DNA of 64,000 bases from Oligoflexales bacterium (GTDB taxonomy: Bacteria > Bdellovibrionota_B > Oligoflexia > Oligoflexales > JALZUQ01): the NCBI GenBank assembly GCA_041740975.1, contig JBGSKV010000088.1, forward strand, positions 33,734 to 97,733, written 5' to 3'. Positions 18,640 to 28,062 of the stretch are shown here, piece after piece (the first letter of the stretch is position 1; each line of letters starts with the position of its first letter). The position numbers and the translations under genes were made by a program. Under the pieces are notes generated by a model that worked only from the letters and a program-made list of their open reading frames with translations, searched no databases and was not told the DNA's origin.

Positions 18640-20514
18640 TTCTATTTGAATACCGATCTCAATCACTTGACTCGGCGGAATGCTAAAAAATTCTGTCGCG
18701 CGCTGTGAATTGCGTGAGAGAATCGAAAAGACGGACTCCCGCCACAGTGCCATGCCCATATTCTTAGTCGGTATAATGGTTTCACGACCCAAGTAATACG
18801 ACACTTCATCTTGTATGGGCACACCTTGAAATTTGGCCCACTCCAGCGCATTTGGAACGTTCGGCGTGTCTTTGTATCCGCACTTTACAACCACAAGAAA
18901 AATCCCTGCCGAAAGCTTTTTGACGGCAACGCGATCCTTCACTTTAATAAACGGAACATTCTTAATTTCTACCGTCAATATGATGGTGGTCTGATGCAGA
19001 ACTTTGTTGAAACGTAAGTTTTGAATCAGAGCTGGCGGACACGAGATGTGCTGGCCAGATAAAAACACCCCGCATCCCGGAATGCTATGCACGTCCTCTT
19101 CTTGGATTATTTTCGGCAAATCTTTGAGGCCAATCGTTTTATCGATAATTCGTTTTCGTAGAATACGACGGCCGCGATACCAAGTCGTCATAAGTGTAAA
19201 AATTCCCGCTGCTATCATCAATGGTACCCACCCCCCCTCAAGAATTTTGAGGAAGTTGGCGTAGAAAAAGACGACGTCCACGGTCACAAAGAAAATGACA
19301 AACAGAATAACCTTCCAAGAACTCCACTTCCAGAGATTACGCACCACAAATGACATCAATACTGTCGTTATCAACATGGTCAAGGACACTGCGATACCGT
19401 ATGCGGATGCCAAGGATGTTGACGTTCGGAATTCGACAACAAATAAAATCGTACAAATCCAAAGCATCCAATTGATATTGCCAACGTAGATTTGTCCTTT
19501 TTCGCGTGAAGATGTGTATTTGACAAACATCCGCGGCAAATAACCCAAATGAATAGCTTGATTGGTCAGTGAGAAAGCTCCTGAAATCAAAGCTTGAGAT
19601 GCGATGATGGCGGCCAAAGTGGCGAGTAAAACCAAGGGAATTAAAAACCAGTCCGGTGCCATGTTAAAAAACGGATGTTCCACGGCTTTCGGGTTACTAA
19701 GAAGAAGGGCGCCTTGTCCAAAATAATTCATGAGAAGTGCTGGAAGCGCTAGAAACATCCAGCAATAGCGAATCGGCTTTTTGCCAAAGTGGCCCATATC
19801 GGCATATAATGCTTCGCCACCTGTTGCGACTAAAAACACCGAACCCATGACCGGTAAACTCGACCACGAATGATCTATCAAAAACCGTGCAGCATAAAGT
19901 GGATTGAGCGCGTAGAAAGTCTGCGGATTGTCGATGACGTTGACGAAGCCCAGAATAAACAACACGATAAACCACACCAAAATAATGGGGCCAAAGATCA
20001 TGCCGATTTTCTGTGTGCCACGGCTTTGAAAAAAGAAAATACCAGTTAAGACAAGCATCGTCATCGGAAGTACAAATGGTTCCCACGAAGGCGAAATTTT
20101 TTGCAAGCCTTCCACGGCACTAAGAACAGAAATGGCGGGCGTGATCATGCCATCACCGTATAGCAATGCGGTCCCCAGTAATCCTAAGGTCATCAATATA
20201 TTGCGCTGCGTGTTGGTCGAAACACTTTTGATCGCCAGCGTCATCAGCGCTAAGACCCCGCCCTCGCCACCGTTATCCGCGCGCAAGACGAAAATTAAAT
20301 ATTTTAAAGTGATGATTAAAAGCAAAGTGTAGAAAACGAGTGATAGGACGCCAAGAATATTGGCTTCGGTCAGAAGCATATCGTGGCCGTGCGCAAAACA
20401 TTCACGGATCGCATAAAGTGGACTTGTACCAATGTCACCAAACACGACGCCTAGGGCTGCGAGGCATAGCTTCGGGAATGAGGATCGTTCGTGCGTATCA
20501 GTAGACGGCTTCAA
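18634..20514 (-). CDS. kup: Potassium transporter Kup
   Basis: GVVFGDIGTSPLYA, ADNGGEGG, ITPAISVLSAVEG, GGEALYADMGHFG, GQIY. Confidence 0.97.
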   Translation of the reverse strand: MKPSTDTHERSSFPKLCLAALGVVFGDIGTSPLYAIRECFAHGHDMLLTEANILGVLSLVFYTLLLIITLKYLIFVLRADNGGEGGVLALMTLAIKSVSTNTQRNILMTLGLLGTALLYGDGMITPAISVLSAVEGLQKISPSWEPFVLPMTMLVLTGIFFFQSRGTQKIGMIFGPIILVWFIVLFILGFVNVIDNPQTFYALNPLYAARFLIDHSWSSLPVMGSVFLVATGGEALYADMGHFGKKPIRYCWMFLALPALLMNYFGQGALLLSNPKAVEHPFFNMAPDWFLIPLVLLATLAAIIASQALISGAFSLTNQAIHLGYLPRMFVKYTSSREKGQIYVGNINWMLWICTILFVVEFRTSTSLASAYGIAVSLTMLITTVLMSFVVRNLWKWSSWKVILFVIFFVTVDVVFFYANFLKILEGGWVPLMIAAGIFTLMTTWYRGRRILRKRIIDKTIGLKDLPKIIQEEDVHSIPGCGVFLSGQHISCPPALIQNLRFNKVLHQTTIILTVEIKNVPFIKVKDRVAVKKLSAGIFLVVVKCGYKDTPNVPNALEWAKFQGVPIQDEVSYYLGRETIIPTKNMGMALWRESVFSILSRNSQRATEFFSIPPSQVIEIGIQIEL

Positions 20515-20672
20515 CCGAGTTGGTGCCTTTGTTCTGTTAACGTTGCGGACTGGTTCTATTTATCCCTGATTTTAAACTAGTGGCAAGCTTTGCGACCTCC
20601 ACTGACTATTGTTTTTGCATGTTAATTCAGGAGGTTATTTATTTCCCTAGGCAAGCTCAGTGAAGGGTGCTA

Positions 20673-20704
20673 ACTATTCATTGTATACTATTCACTGAAT
20701 AGTA
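20673..20704. promoter_or_regulatory. Tandem palindromic operator, candidate LexA boxes
   Basis: Perfect TACTATTCA-C-TGAATAGTA (20686-20704) plus an overlapping imperfect copy ACTATTCA-T-TGTATACT (20673-20689), upstream of lexA. Confidence 0.65.
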
Positions 20705-20741
20705 CGAGCTAGTCAGTGCAAAAAACCAGGGATTTTTATCT

Positions 20742-21350
20742 ATGCAGAGCCTCACCCCGCGCCAACAACAGATTTTGGAAGTCGTCACCTCCGAGATCCA
20801 AGCCGGTCGCGGTTTTCCAACGATACGCAGCTTGGCCCAGAAAATGGGGTTTGCCAGTCCTAAGGCGGCGGCCGATCATCTTAAAGCTTTGGAAAAGAAA
20901 TCTTACCTGCAACGCTGCCCAACCCAACGCAGCGGTTACAAACTCAGTGAAGGGATTTTGCCAGACACCCAAAGTTTTATCTTTGCGACAGGCTTAGCGG
21001 CCGGCTCACCGAAAGAGGCCTTTGATGCACCCGATGCCGAACGCATTCAGTTTAATCCAACCTTCTTTGGTAGTGGTCAGCAGATTGCCGTGAGTATTAG
21101 TGGCGACAGTATGACAGGTGATGGCATTCAAGATGGTGATATTGCCATTATCAAACTCCAAAAATCTTTTCACAAAAATGACATCGTCGCCGTGCGTATC
21201 GGTAGCGACGAGACAACTTTGAAACGTTTGGCCATTCGCGGCAAAAAAACTGATCTTCTATCCTCCAATCCCAAGCACCCTACTCGCAGCGTTCCTTCCG
21301 ATCAGATCGAGATTATCGGCAAATTATCCGGCGTGGTGCGACGAACGTAG
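20742..21350 (+). CDS. lexA: LexA family repressor
   Basis: LTPRQQQIL, PTIR, HLKALEKK wHTH; AAG cleavage site; GDSM catalytic Ser; TLKR Lys. Confidence 0.92.
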   Translation: MQSLTPRQQQILEVVTSEIQAGRGFPTIRSLAQKMGFASPKAAADHLKALEKKSYLQRCPTQRSGYKLSEGILPDTQSFIFATGLAAGSPKEAFDAPDAERIQFNPTFFGSGQQIAVSISGDSMTGDGIQDGDIAIIKLQKSFHKNDIVAVRIGSDETTLKRLAIRGKKTDLLSSNPKHPTRSVPSDQIEIIGKLSGVVRRT

Positions 21351-21433
21351 CTCTTAACTCTTAACATGGAGATCCCCACGGGCTTTCGACCCTGGGGATG
21401 ACGTATCCAACGAAAACGTGAAGGGGGCGACAC

Positions 21434-22084
21434 GTGGGCGCTAGCTTGCAGAAAATTATCGATGACACCAAACTCCAGGATCAACTGACGCAGGGCCATA
21501 AAGTTCCGCCGCATCAGGCGGGGCGTTTGCATTTTGCGATTCCGGCTCTTGATCAAGCCAAAATTTATATTCCTATGGGAGCAATCTCGGAATGGGGCCT
21601 GCCGAGCGGCAAACATGGGCGTCGCATCATGATTCAAATGCTCAAAACACAAATGCTTCGGCCCGAAGCGCCGCTTTGTTTGTGGATTCACAACGGCAAA
21701 ACGCGCATTTACCCGCCGACCTGGGCTGCCTTAGGAGTGGACCTGCAAAAAATTTATTTTGCCGAATCCGAAACCCCTATCGCCGAGCTGCGCCCCGTTT
21801 TTTTGGAACCACTTTTCAAGATCATTGTGATTGATCGCCCCAAAAAACTTAGCAAAGACGACTGTGCTTTTTTGGCGAGTTACGCGCGGCTCCATCAGTA
21901 CGCTATTGTGGTTTTGCGTGATTTCTTTTTGAGTGAACGACTCGGCAATCCTTACACCCAACTGCGCATCAACGCTTGGTACAATACGAACCAGAAAAAA
22001 TTTCATGCCTTGCCGTTACGTGGTGCGAAACCGCAACCGGTTTCTTTTTCGCTGCCGTATACCGAGTCCAGCTATGAAAGATAA
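21434..22084 (+). CDS. imuA: ImuA-like (RecA/SulA-like) protein
   Basis: IPALD...IPMGAISE, CLWI, YPP.WAALGVDL; lies between lexA and the imuB-like gene. Confidence 0.72.
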   Translation: MGASLQKIIDDTKLQDQLTQGHKVPPHQAGRLHFAIPALDQAKIYIPMGAISEWGLPSGKHGRRIMIQMLKTQMLRPEAPLCLWIHNGKTRIYPPTWAALGVDLQKIYFAESETPIAELRPVFLEPLFKIIVIDRPKKLSKDDCAFLASYARLHQYAIVVLRDFFLSERLGNPYTQLRINAWYNTNQKKFHALPLRGAKPQPVSFSLPYTESSYER

Positions 22085-23540
22085 TGTTTTTAACTTACAA
22101 ACGCATGCCAAAAATATCGAGTTGCCACGTTATCTGATTATCACTTGTTTACCCAAGCATCAGAATTATCTGCAGGCTCTCACACCGACACTGATGCAGT
22201 GGTCGTCGCGCATTTATATTCTGGATATCTCGACTTGCCAGCGTTTCTGGGAAAGACAAGCTGCCAAGCTGGGGCTGACACCCTTTGAGATGATTCATCG
22301 GATTTTACTGCAAAGTTTTGGCAAAAAACTAAGAGCGGTGGCGGCATCGCATCCGTGGCCGGGACTGTTTTTGCACGCTTATATGCGCGAAAAAAAACTG
22401 TCTGGATTTATTAATTTGCACGGACCTTTCGGGGCGACACTTTACCGCGAAGCCAGTTGGACAGCATGGCTACGCCCTCTAGGGCAACTTCTCGAGCACT
22501 GGCTCGCGACGCGTTCGCCGAAGCCCGATCCTGTTTTGTTTCGCAGTCATATCGGGCGACTGGAACGCGCCATGCTGCGCCTTGATATCGCAACCCCCGC
22601 GGCACTGCGCCAAGCCGCCGCCACGGCGATGAAGCGACGCTTTGGCAGTCTTTTGGCCGAAGTTTGGGAGTGGACGAGCTTTACACAAAGAAGTGACGAA
22701 CCGGCGACTTTGTTTGACGAGCAAAATTTTTTTGAAGATGGATTTCCGTGGCGGAGTTGGCAGCCTGATCACTGTCCGATGATCAAACGCAACTTAGACG
22801 AACCAGCTTGGCAATGGGATCATCTCGAACCATTACTCAAAGAGGATCTCGATCGGCTTTGTGACGATGCAAGCTGGAGTATCGGCGAAAGAGTCACAGA
22901 GCTATGTTGGCGACTCACACTTTACGGTATGGAAGCCGTCGAAATTCCGATTCGGTTTCGCAATCCGCACGCATTGCACTCAGAAAAAGATCAGCATAAA
23001 ACCACTCTTTATCAGGCTTTATATAGTTATGAGGCCTTCACTCGGCAATGGGCGGCTGAACATGATCAGAGCGAAGATATTTCGCCCCCGCTTGTCTCTT
23101 GGACTTTGACTCTGAAGAGCCGGATGCGCGTGAGCCAACATATCATCGATCTCTTTGGCACGTCGCAGTCCGATGATATTTTGGCTTTGGAAAACAAATT
23201 GCCAACGCCGCTTTTACATTATCGCCTGAAGCCGGACTTTCAGCCGCACACTTCGTTTTGCACCGAGGCGGAGTTTCAATCGTATGCTTTTTCACTCGAA
23301 TCCTGGCGACTCGCCGCCACACTGCGGCCTTTATTTTTTAGCCATACACCGACCGCCTGTCCGCCACCCAAACATTGCACCTTAAGGTTTCTTGAGCGCA
23401 CCAGCGTGGACTGGTGGTTGTCGGAAGATCCCCATGATGTATGTCACGATTATTTTATGCTGACGGACGCTAGCCAACGCAGTCAGTGGGTTTTTCGCAA
23501 TACCGGCGGAAAGTGGTACAGCCATGGCTTCTTTGATTAG
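22074..23540 (+). CDS. imuB: ImuB-like inactive Y-family polymerase
   Basis: RRFG HhH-like segment; C-terminal LER...WW...DYF...WVFR...WYSHGFFD typical of ImuB; overlaps imuA and dnaE2. Confidence 0.72.
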   Translation: MKDNVFNLQTHAKNIELPRYLIITCLPKHQNYLQALTPTLMQWSSRIYILDISTCQRFWERQAAKLGLTPFEMIHRILLQSFGKKLRAVAASHPWPGLFLHAYMREKKLSGFINLHGPFGATLYREASWTAWLRPLGQLLEHWLATRSPKPDPVLFRSHIGRLERAMLRLDIATPAALRQAAATAMKRRFGSLLAEVWEWTSFTQRSDEPATLFDEQNFFEDGFPWRSWQPDHCPMIKRNLDEPAWQWDHLEPLLKEDLDRLCDDASWSIGERVTELCWRLTLYGMEAVEIPIRFRNPHALHSEKDQHKTTLYQALYSYEAFTRQWAAEHDQSEDISPPLVSWTLTLKSRMRVSQHIIDLFGTSQSDDILALENKLPTPLLHYRLKPDFQPHTSFCTEAEFQSYAFSLESWRLAATLRPLFFSHTPTACPPPKHCTLRFLERTSVDWWLSEDPHDVCHDYFMLTDASQRSQWVFRNTGGKWYSHGFFD

Positions 23541-26500
23541 TCGCTACGGCTGGCACGAGTGGCTGTGCAAAACAAATTTTTCGTTTCTGGTGGGTGCGTC
23601 CCATCCCGGAGAAATGATTGGCGCGGCGATCGAACATGGTTATGAGTCTTTGTGTGTGAATGATTTTGATGGTGTGTATGGTCTGGCCCGAGCTTATCGG
23701 GAGCGCGGCGATTATCAAAAAAAACATCCGAATGCTCACCCTCTCAAGCTTCATTATAGTGCTGAGATTCATCTGCAAAAAGATCATGATCAACCAATTT
23801 TGCTGCAAGATACTTTGGTCTTGGTAGCCCAAAGTTGGGAAGGCTATCGCCGCCTTTGTATGATTCTAAACGCCACGCATCGCGACGGCAAAAAGTACGC
23901 GCATATTCCCTTGAACGATCTGCTCAAGCAAGATGTGAAAGATTTGGTGGTCATTCAACCGATGCGTGGATTTGTGCGCACGCCAGCCGATCCTTGGCCG
24001 CGTTTTGAGGCTTTAAAACAGCACTTTGGCGATCGTTTGTATTTTGCTATCAGTCGGCATTTGCATTACGCCGAGGATTATTGGATTCGGCCGACGCTTG
24101 CTATCGCCAAGAAACTGGATGCAAAATGCCTACTGACACAAGATGCTTTTTTTCATCAGCCACAACAAAAAAGTCTAAGTGACCTGGTGCATACCATTCG
24201 CACCAATAAAACCATGGCCACGGCCAGCGAACATTTTTTTCCGAACTGCGAGCGGTATTTGCATAGCTTAGCCGTCTTGGAGGCGAACTTTCGCAAGTTT
24301 GCGATGTATGAGGCCGCTTTGGCCGCGTCGAAGTCACTGGCCGAGTCATGTGATTTTTGTTTTTCGAGTTTGAAGTACCACTATCCCAAAGAAATGATCG
24401 AGCCCGGATACAATGCTCAGGACTTTCTCGAAAAGCTCACCTGGGACGGAGCTAAAGCCCGATTTGGCGAAGTTTTGCCGCCCAAAATCATTCAGCAACT
24501 TAACCACGAACTCGATCTTATCGAGCGACTGAAGTTCCCGGATTACTTTTTGACGGTATGGGATATCGTGCGTTGGGCACGATCACAAAATATTTTGTGC
24601 CAAGGTCGGGGCTCTGCTGCCAACTCCGCCGTTTGTTATGTTTTGGGAATCACCTCCGTCGATCCCATGATTTTTGATTTGGTTTTTGAGCGTTTTATTT
24701 CCATGGAACGAGGTGATCCCCCGGATATCGACGTGGACTTTGAACACGAACGTCGCGAAGAAGTCGTACAATATATTTACAACCGTTATGGACGCGACAA
24801 AGCTGCCATGGTGGCGAATGTCATCACCTATCGACGCAAAGGAGCACTCCGTGCTGTCGGTAAAGCCCTGGGCGCACAAGAAGCTTTGCTAGATAAAGCC
24901 TCTAAACTCTGCGGCACTCGCCAGTTTCGTGGCAATGCTTCGGAACATGTGTTGGCACATGTCATCAAAGAAGAAAGTGAAGCGGCGGATGCCGCGCTAA
25001 ACCAGCCCGTGCCTGTCTCCTTTACTTTATGGGCCGCGATGACCGAACGACTGCGTGAATTTCCACGCCACCTCGGCATCCACTCCGGTGGTTTTATGCT
25101 GGCGGATAAGCCGCTTGATTATTTGGTTGCGCAAGAACCCGCCACCATGAAAGACCGGACGGTTGTGCAGTGGTGCAAGGAAGATATTGAAGGGCTTGGC
25201 TTTTTTAAGATTGATATTCTGTGTTTGGGTATGCTCACAGCGATTCGCAAAAGCTTGGATTATATCAAGGTTTGTCACGGGGTTGATATGAGCATGGCCA
25301 CTATCCCCCACGAAGACAGGGCAACCTATGCCATGATTCAAAAGTCTGACACGGTTGGCACCTTTCAAATTGAATCGCGCGCCCAGATGTCGATGCTACC
25401 GCGCTTAAAGCCCAAGACTTTTTATGATTTGGTGATCGAGGTTGCCATTATCCGTCCGGGACCGATTCAGGGCAACGTGATTCATCCTTATCTTAAACGC
25501 CGTGAAGGCCTAGAAAAAGCCTCCTATCCGCATCCTAAGCTGGAAAGCATTTTGAAGCGCACCCTAGGTATTCCGATTTTTCAAGAACAACTCATGCGAA
25601 TTGCGATTGAGGTCGGCGATTTTACGGCGGGCGAAGCCAACGAGTTGCGCAAAAATATTGGCGTCTGGAATTCCAAAGGTTTTCAGCGCTCTCTTGACGT
25701 CTGGACCGAGAAACTCATCCGTGGTATGCGCGCCAATCGCTTGCCCGAAGATTTTATCGAACAAATTGTCGGTCAAATGCAAGGTTTTGCCCACTATGGA
25801 TTTCCTGAGTCACACGCCGTATCTTTCGCCTTGATTGCTTATGTTTCGTCTTATTTGAAACGTCACTATCCAGCCGCTTTTTTTACCGGGCTTTTGAACT
25901 CACAACCGATGGGATTTTATTCGCCGCATGTTTTGTTGCAAGCCGCCCAGCACGATGGCGTGCGTGTTTTACCGATTTGCGCCAATCGCTCCGACTGGGA
26001 TCATCAGCTTGAAAATATTCACCCCCCGGGACAAAAGTCTGAGTTTGGGATTCGCTTGGGTTTACGTGTGGTCGCGGCCTTGAGTGAACGAGGCGGCAAA
26101 GCCTTGGTTGCCGAGCGAAGCAAGACAGGCGGTACCTTTACGAGCCTCGAGGATCTCCTCAGTCGCTCGGCAGTGCACCGCAGTGATCTTACGGCCTTGG
26201 CTGCGGCCAATGCTTTTCATGTCTTTGGCTTGCCACGCAACGAAGCTCTTTGGCGGACCGAAGCCGCGCCGTTTTCTGCACAGCTCGAAGATGTTGAGGA
26301 CAAAATAAAATGGACTCCCGAAAGCGATATGAAAACTTTGCAACGTGATTTTTCAGCGTTTGGCACCTCATTAGGCGAGCATCCTTGCAAGATGATTCGT
26401 GATCAATACTGGACCTACCCCGTGCCCGTATGCAGACTCGTTCCGGCCGAGCGCCTCGCGACCATGCCACCTCATGGTGTGGTGGATATTTTTGGGATGA

Positions 26501-26841
26501 CGATTGTGAAGCAAGCCCCGCCCTCTGCTAAAGGCATGGTGTTTTTGACCTTAGAAGACGAAACAGGCTTTTTTAACCTGGTTTTTACACCGCAAAGCTA
26601 CACGCGCATGTTTAAACTGGTGGAGTCGCAGTCTTTCTTGTGCCTTCGGGGCAAACTGCAAAAAGCCGGCCTGTATCATTCGATTATGGTGCATGAGATT
26701 TATCGCCAAATAGTTCCGAAGGCAGAGATTATTCCACTTAACGAAAAGAAAGGATCGAGCGACACATCAAAAGCAAAACACGCCCAGCAAGAAACTTTCA
26801 ATCTAGAGAAAGAACTGCAGCCACCTCGCAGCTACATGTAA
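23524..26841 (+). CDS. dnaE2: Error-prone DNA polymerase DnaE2 (ImuC)
   Basis: NFSFLVGASHP, CQGRGSAANSAVCY, PPDIDVDFEH, PRHLGIHSGG, FQIESRAQMSMLPRLKP, GFPESHA, LNSQPMGFY. Confidence 0.96.
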   Translation: MASLISRYGWHEWLCKTNFSFLVGASHPGEMIGAAIEHGYESLCVNDFDGVYGLARAYRERGDYQKKHPNAHPLKLHYSAEIHLQKDHDQPILLQDTLVLVAQSWEGYRRLCMILNATHRDGKKYAHIPLNDLLKQDVKDLVVIQPMRGFVRTPADPWPRFEALKQHFGDRLYFAISRHLHYAEDYWIRPTLAIAKKLDAKCLLTQDAFFHQPQQKSLSDLVHTIRTNKTMATASEHFFPNCERYLHSLAVLEANFRKFAMYEAALAASKSLAESCDFCFSSLKYHYPKEMIEPGYNAQDFLEKLTWDGAKARFGEVLPPKIIQQLNHELDLIERLKFPDYFLTVWDIVRWARSQNILCQGRGSAANSAVCYVLGITSVDPMIFDLVFERFISMERGDPPDIDVDFEHERREEVVQYIYNRYGRDKAAMVANVITYRRKGALRAVGKALGAQEALLDKASKLCGTRQFRGNASEHVLAHVIKEESEAADAALNQPVPVSFTLWAAMTERLREFPRHLGIHSGGFMLADKPLDYLVAQEPATMKDRTVVQWCKEDIEGLGFFKIDILCLGMLTAIRKSLDYIKVCHGVDMSMATIPHEDRATYAMIQKSDTVGTFQIESRAQMSMLPRLKPKTFYDLVIEVAIIRPGPIQGNVIHPYLKRREGLEKASYPHPKLESILKRTLGIPIFQEQLMRIAIEVGDFTAGEANELRKNIGVWNSKGFQRSLDVWTEKLIRGMRANRLPEDFIEQIVGQMQGFAHYGFPESHAVSFALIAYVSSYLKRHYPAAFFTGLLNSQPMGFYSPHVLLQAAQHDGVRVLPICANRSDWDHQLENIHPPGQKSEFGIRLGLRVVAALSERGGKALVAERSKTGGTFTSLEDLLSRSAVHRSDLTALAAANAFHVFGLPRNEALWRTEAAPFSAQLEDVEDKIKWTPESDMKTLQRDFSAFGTSLGEHPCKMIRDQYWTYPVPVCRLVPAERLATMPPHGVVDIFGMTIVKQAPPSAKGMVFLTLEDETGFFNLVFTPQSYTRMFKLVESQSFLCLRGKLQKAGLYHSIMVHEIYRQIVPKAEIIPLNEKKGSSDTSKAKHAQQETFNLEKELQPPRSYM

Positions 26842-26843
26842 AA

Positions 26844-28061
26844 CTAAGGTTTTGAGCGTAAAAACCGAGTCAAACGAGAAGTTAATTTTAAATAATGATC
26901 GCTAGGAAGCGCTTCGCCGTCAGCATCTAAAGTCAGAAAATACTGCCGTTGGGGAATCAAAAGCGAACTCGTCGCCGCCTTGGCAATTGCTGTGCTCTCA
27001 TCATACTCATCAAACATCGCCACAAATGCGCCTAAATTCAACTTCTTCGCTTCTTCGGCTTGCCGAGTCATAAACTTGCCGCCGAGTCGCGGAATAAAAT
27101 TTCTTTTGCCCTTATTCCAGTTGGACCAAGCAAAGCCAGGATAAAGAACCACTTGATAGTCAATCCCACGCCCTTCACAATAAGCCGCGTCCTTCGCGAC
27201 GACGTCCGCATAAAGCTTTTCGACTTCCGGCAAAGTTTGGATCGCGCTCACACTCCAAGGTAAAATACGGTCGAGACCATGATACACATCATGCCAGCCT
27301 TTTTTGGCAGCCTTGCCTTCTTCTCGCCAATAAAACGAAACTCCCCCGACCACATAAAATCCCTTGGACTGAAACCACCGAACTAACTTCAATGTCTGCT
27401 CGGGCGTTCCCGGTCTTCCCGCAAAACCCAAACCCCAAAGACCGATCACAGGCTTTCGATTTTTGCGTACGTAAAGTGGCGAGGACATAAGATCGATTTT
27501 CTTAACGATTTGATTTTCAAAATCGTCTTTAATATGTTGATCAAACTGTTCGGAAGCCCCTGAAATATCGTACATAAGATAAAAAGGCTTTCGCCACTTC
27601 GCGCTACTCGCTTTAACATTACGCGTTACTTTTTCACGAAAACCCAACAACGTAGGATCGTCGCGATTCGACATAAACCTCTGCAGAACGATTCCATCCA
27701 ACTGATAAGTGGAGAGCCACTCAAAATGCTTGTCGACCACCGCAGGATCGGCTGAAGAAAACAATCGAGATGGTTGGCCGTTACCGAGTGGGCCGAGATC
27801 AGTCGTCACCAAACTATCCAGAGGATATTCCGAAGTATCTGGATACAGTTCGAAGATGACATTTTTGGGCTTCACACCCTTCGGATCTCGACTCCAGTGA
27901 CGCCAACGCCCCCCTGAACCGTCATTCGGTGTGCCGAACCAGCCTTGATAACCAATAAGCGTGAGGTTATCGAGTTCCACTTCCGAATTAGAGAATAGAT
28001 TTTGAAAATGTTGGCATGAAAAGCATAAAGAAAGAATGATAACTAGACAAAACCTTTGCAT
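26844..28061 (-). CDS. GH99/GH71-like glycoside hydrolase lipoprotein
   Basis: CFSC lipobox; GYQGWF, HFEW...Y.LDG, MYDISG, PGFAWSN, AMFDEYDESTAI. ATG lies 1 nt after the usher stop. Confidence 0.78.
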   Translation of the reverse strand: MQRFCLVIILSLCFSCQHFQNLFSNSEVELDNLTLIGYQGWFGTPNDGSGGRWRHWSRDPKGVKPKNVIFELYPDTSEYPLDSLVTTDLGPLGNGQPSRLFSSADPAVVDKHFEWLSTYQLDGIVLQRFMSNRDDPTLLGFREKVTRNVKASSAKWRKPFYLMYDISGASEQFDQHIKDDFENQIVKKIDLMSSPLYVRKNRKPVIGLWGLGFAGRPGTPEQTLKLVRWFQSKGFYVVGGVSFYWREEGKAAKKGWHDVYHGLDRILPWSVSAIQTLPEVEKLYADVVAKDAAYCEGRGIDYQVVLYPGFAWSNWNKGKRNFIPRLGGKFMTRQAEEAKKLNLGAFVAMFDEYDESTAIAKAATSSLLIPQRQYFLTLDADGEALPSDHYLKLTSRLTRFLRSKP

Positions 28062-28062
28062 A

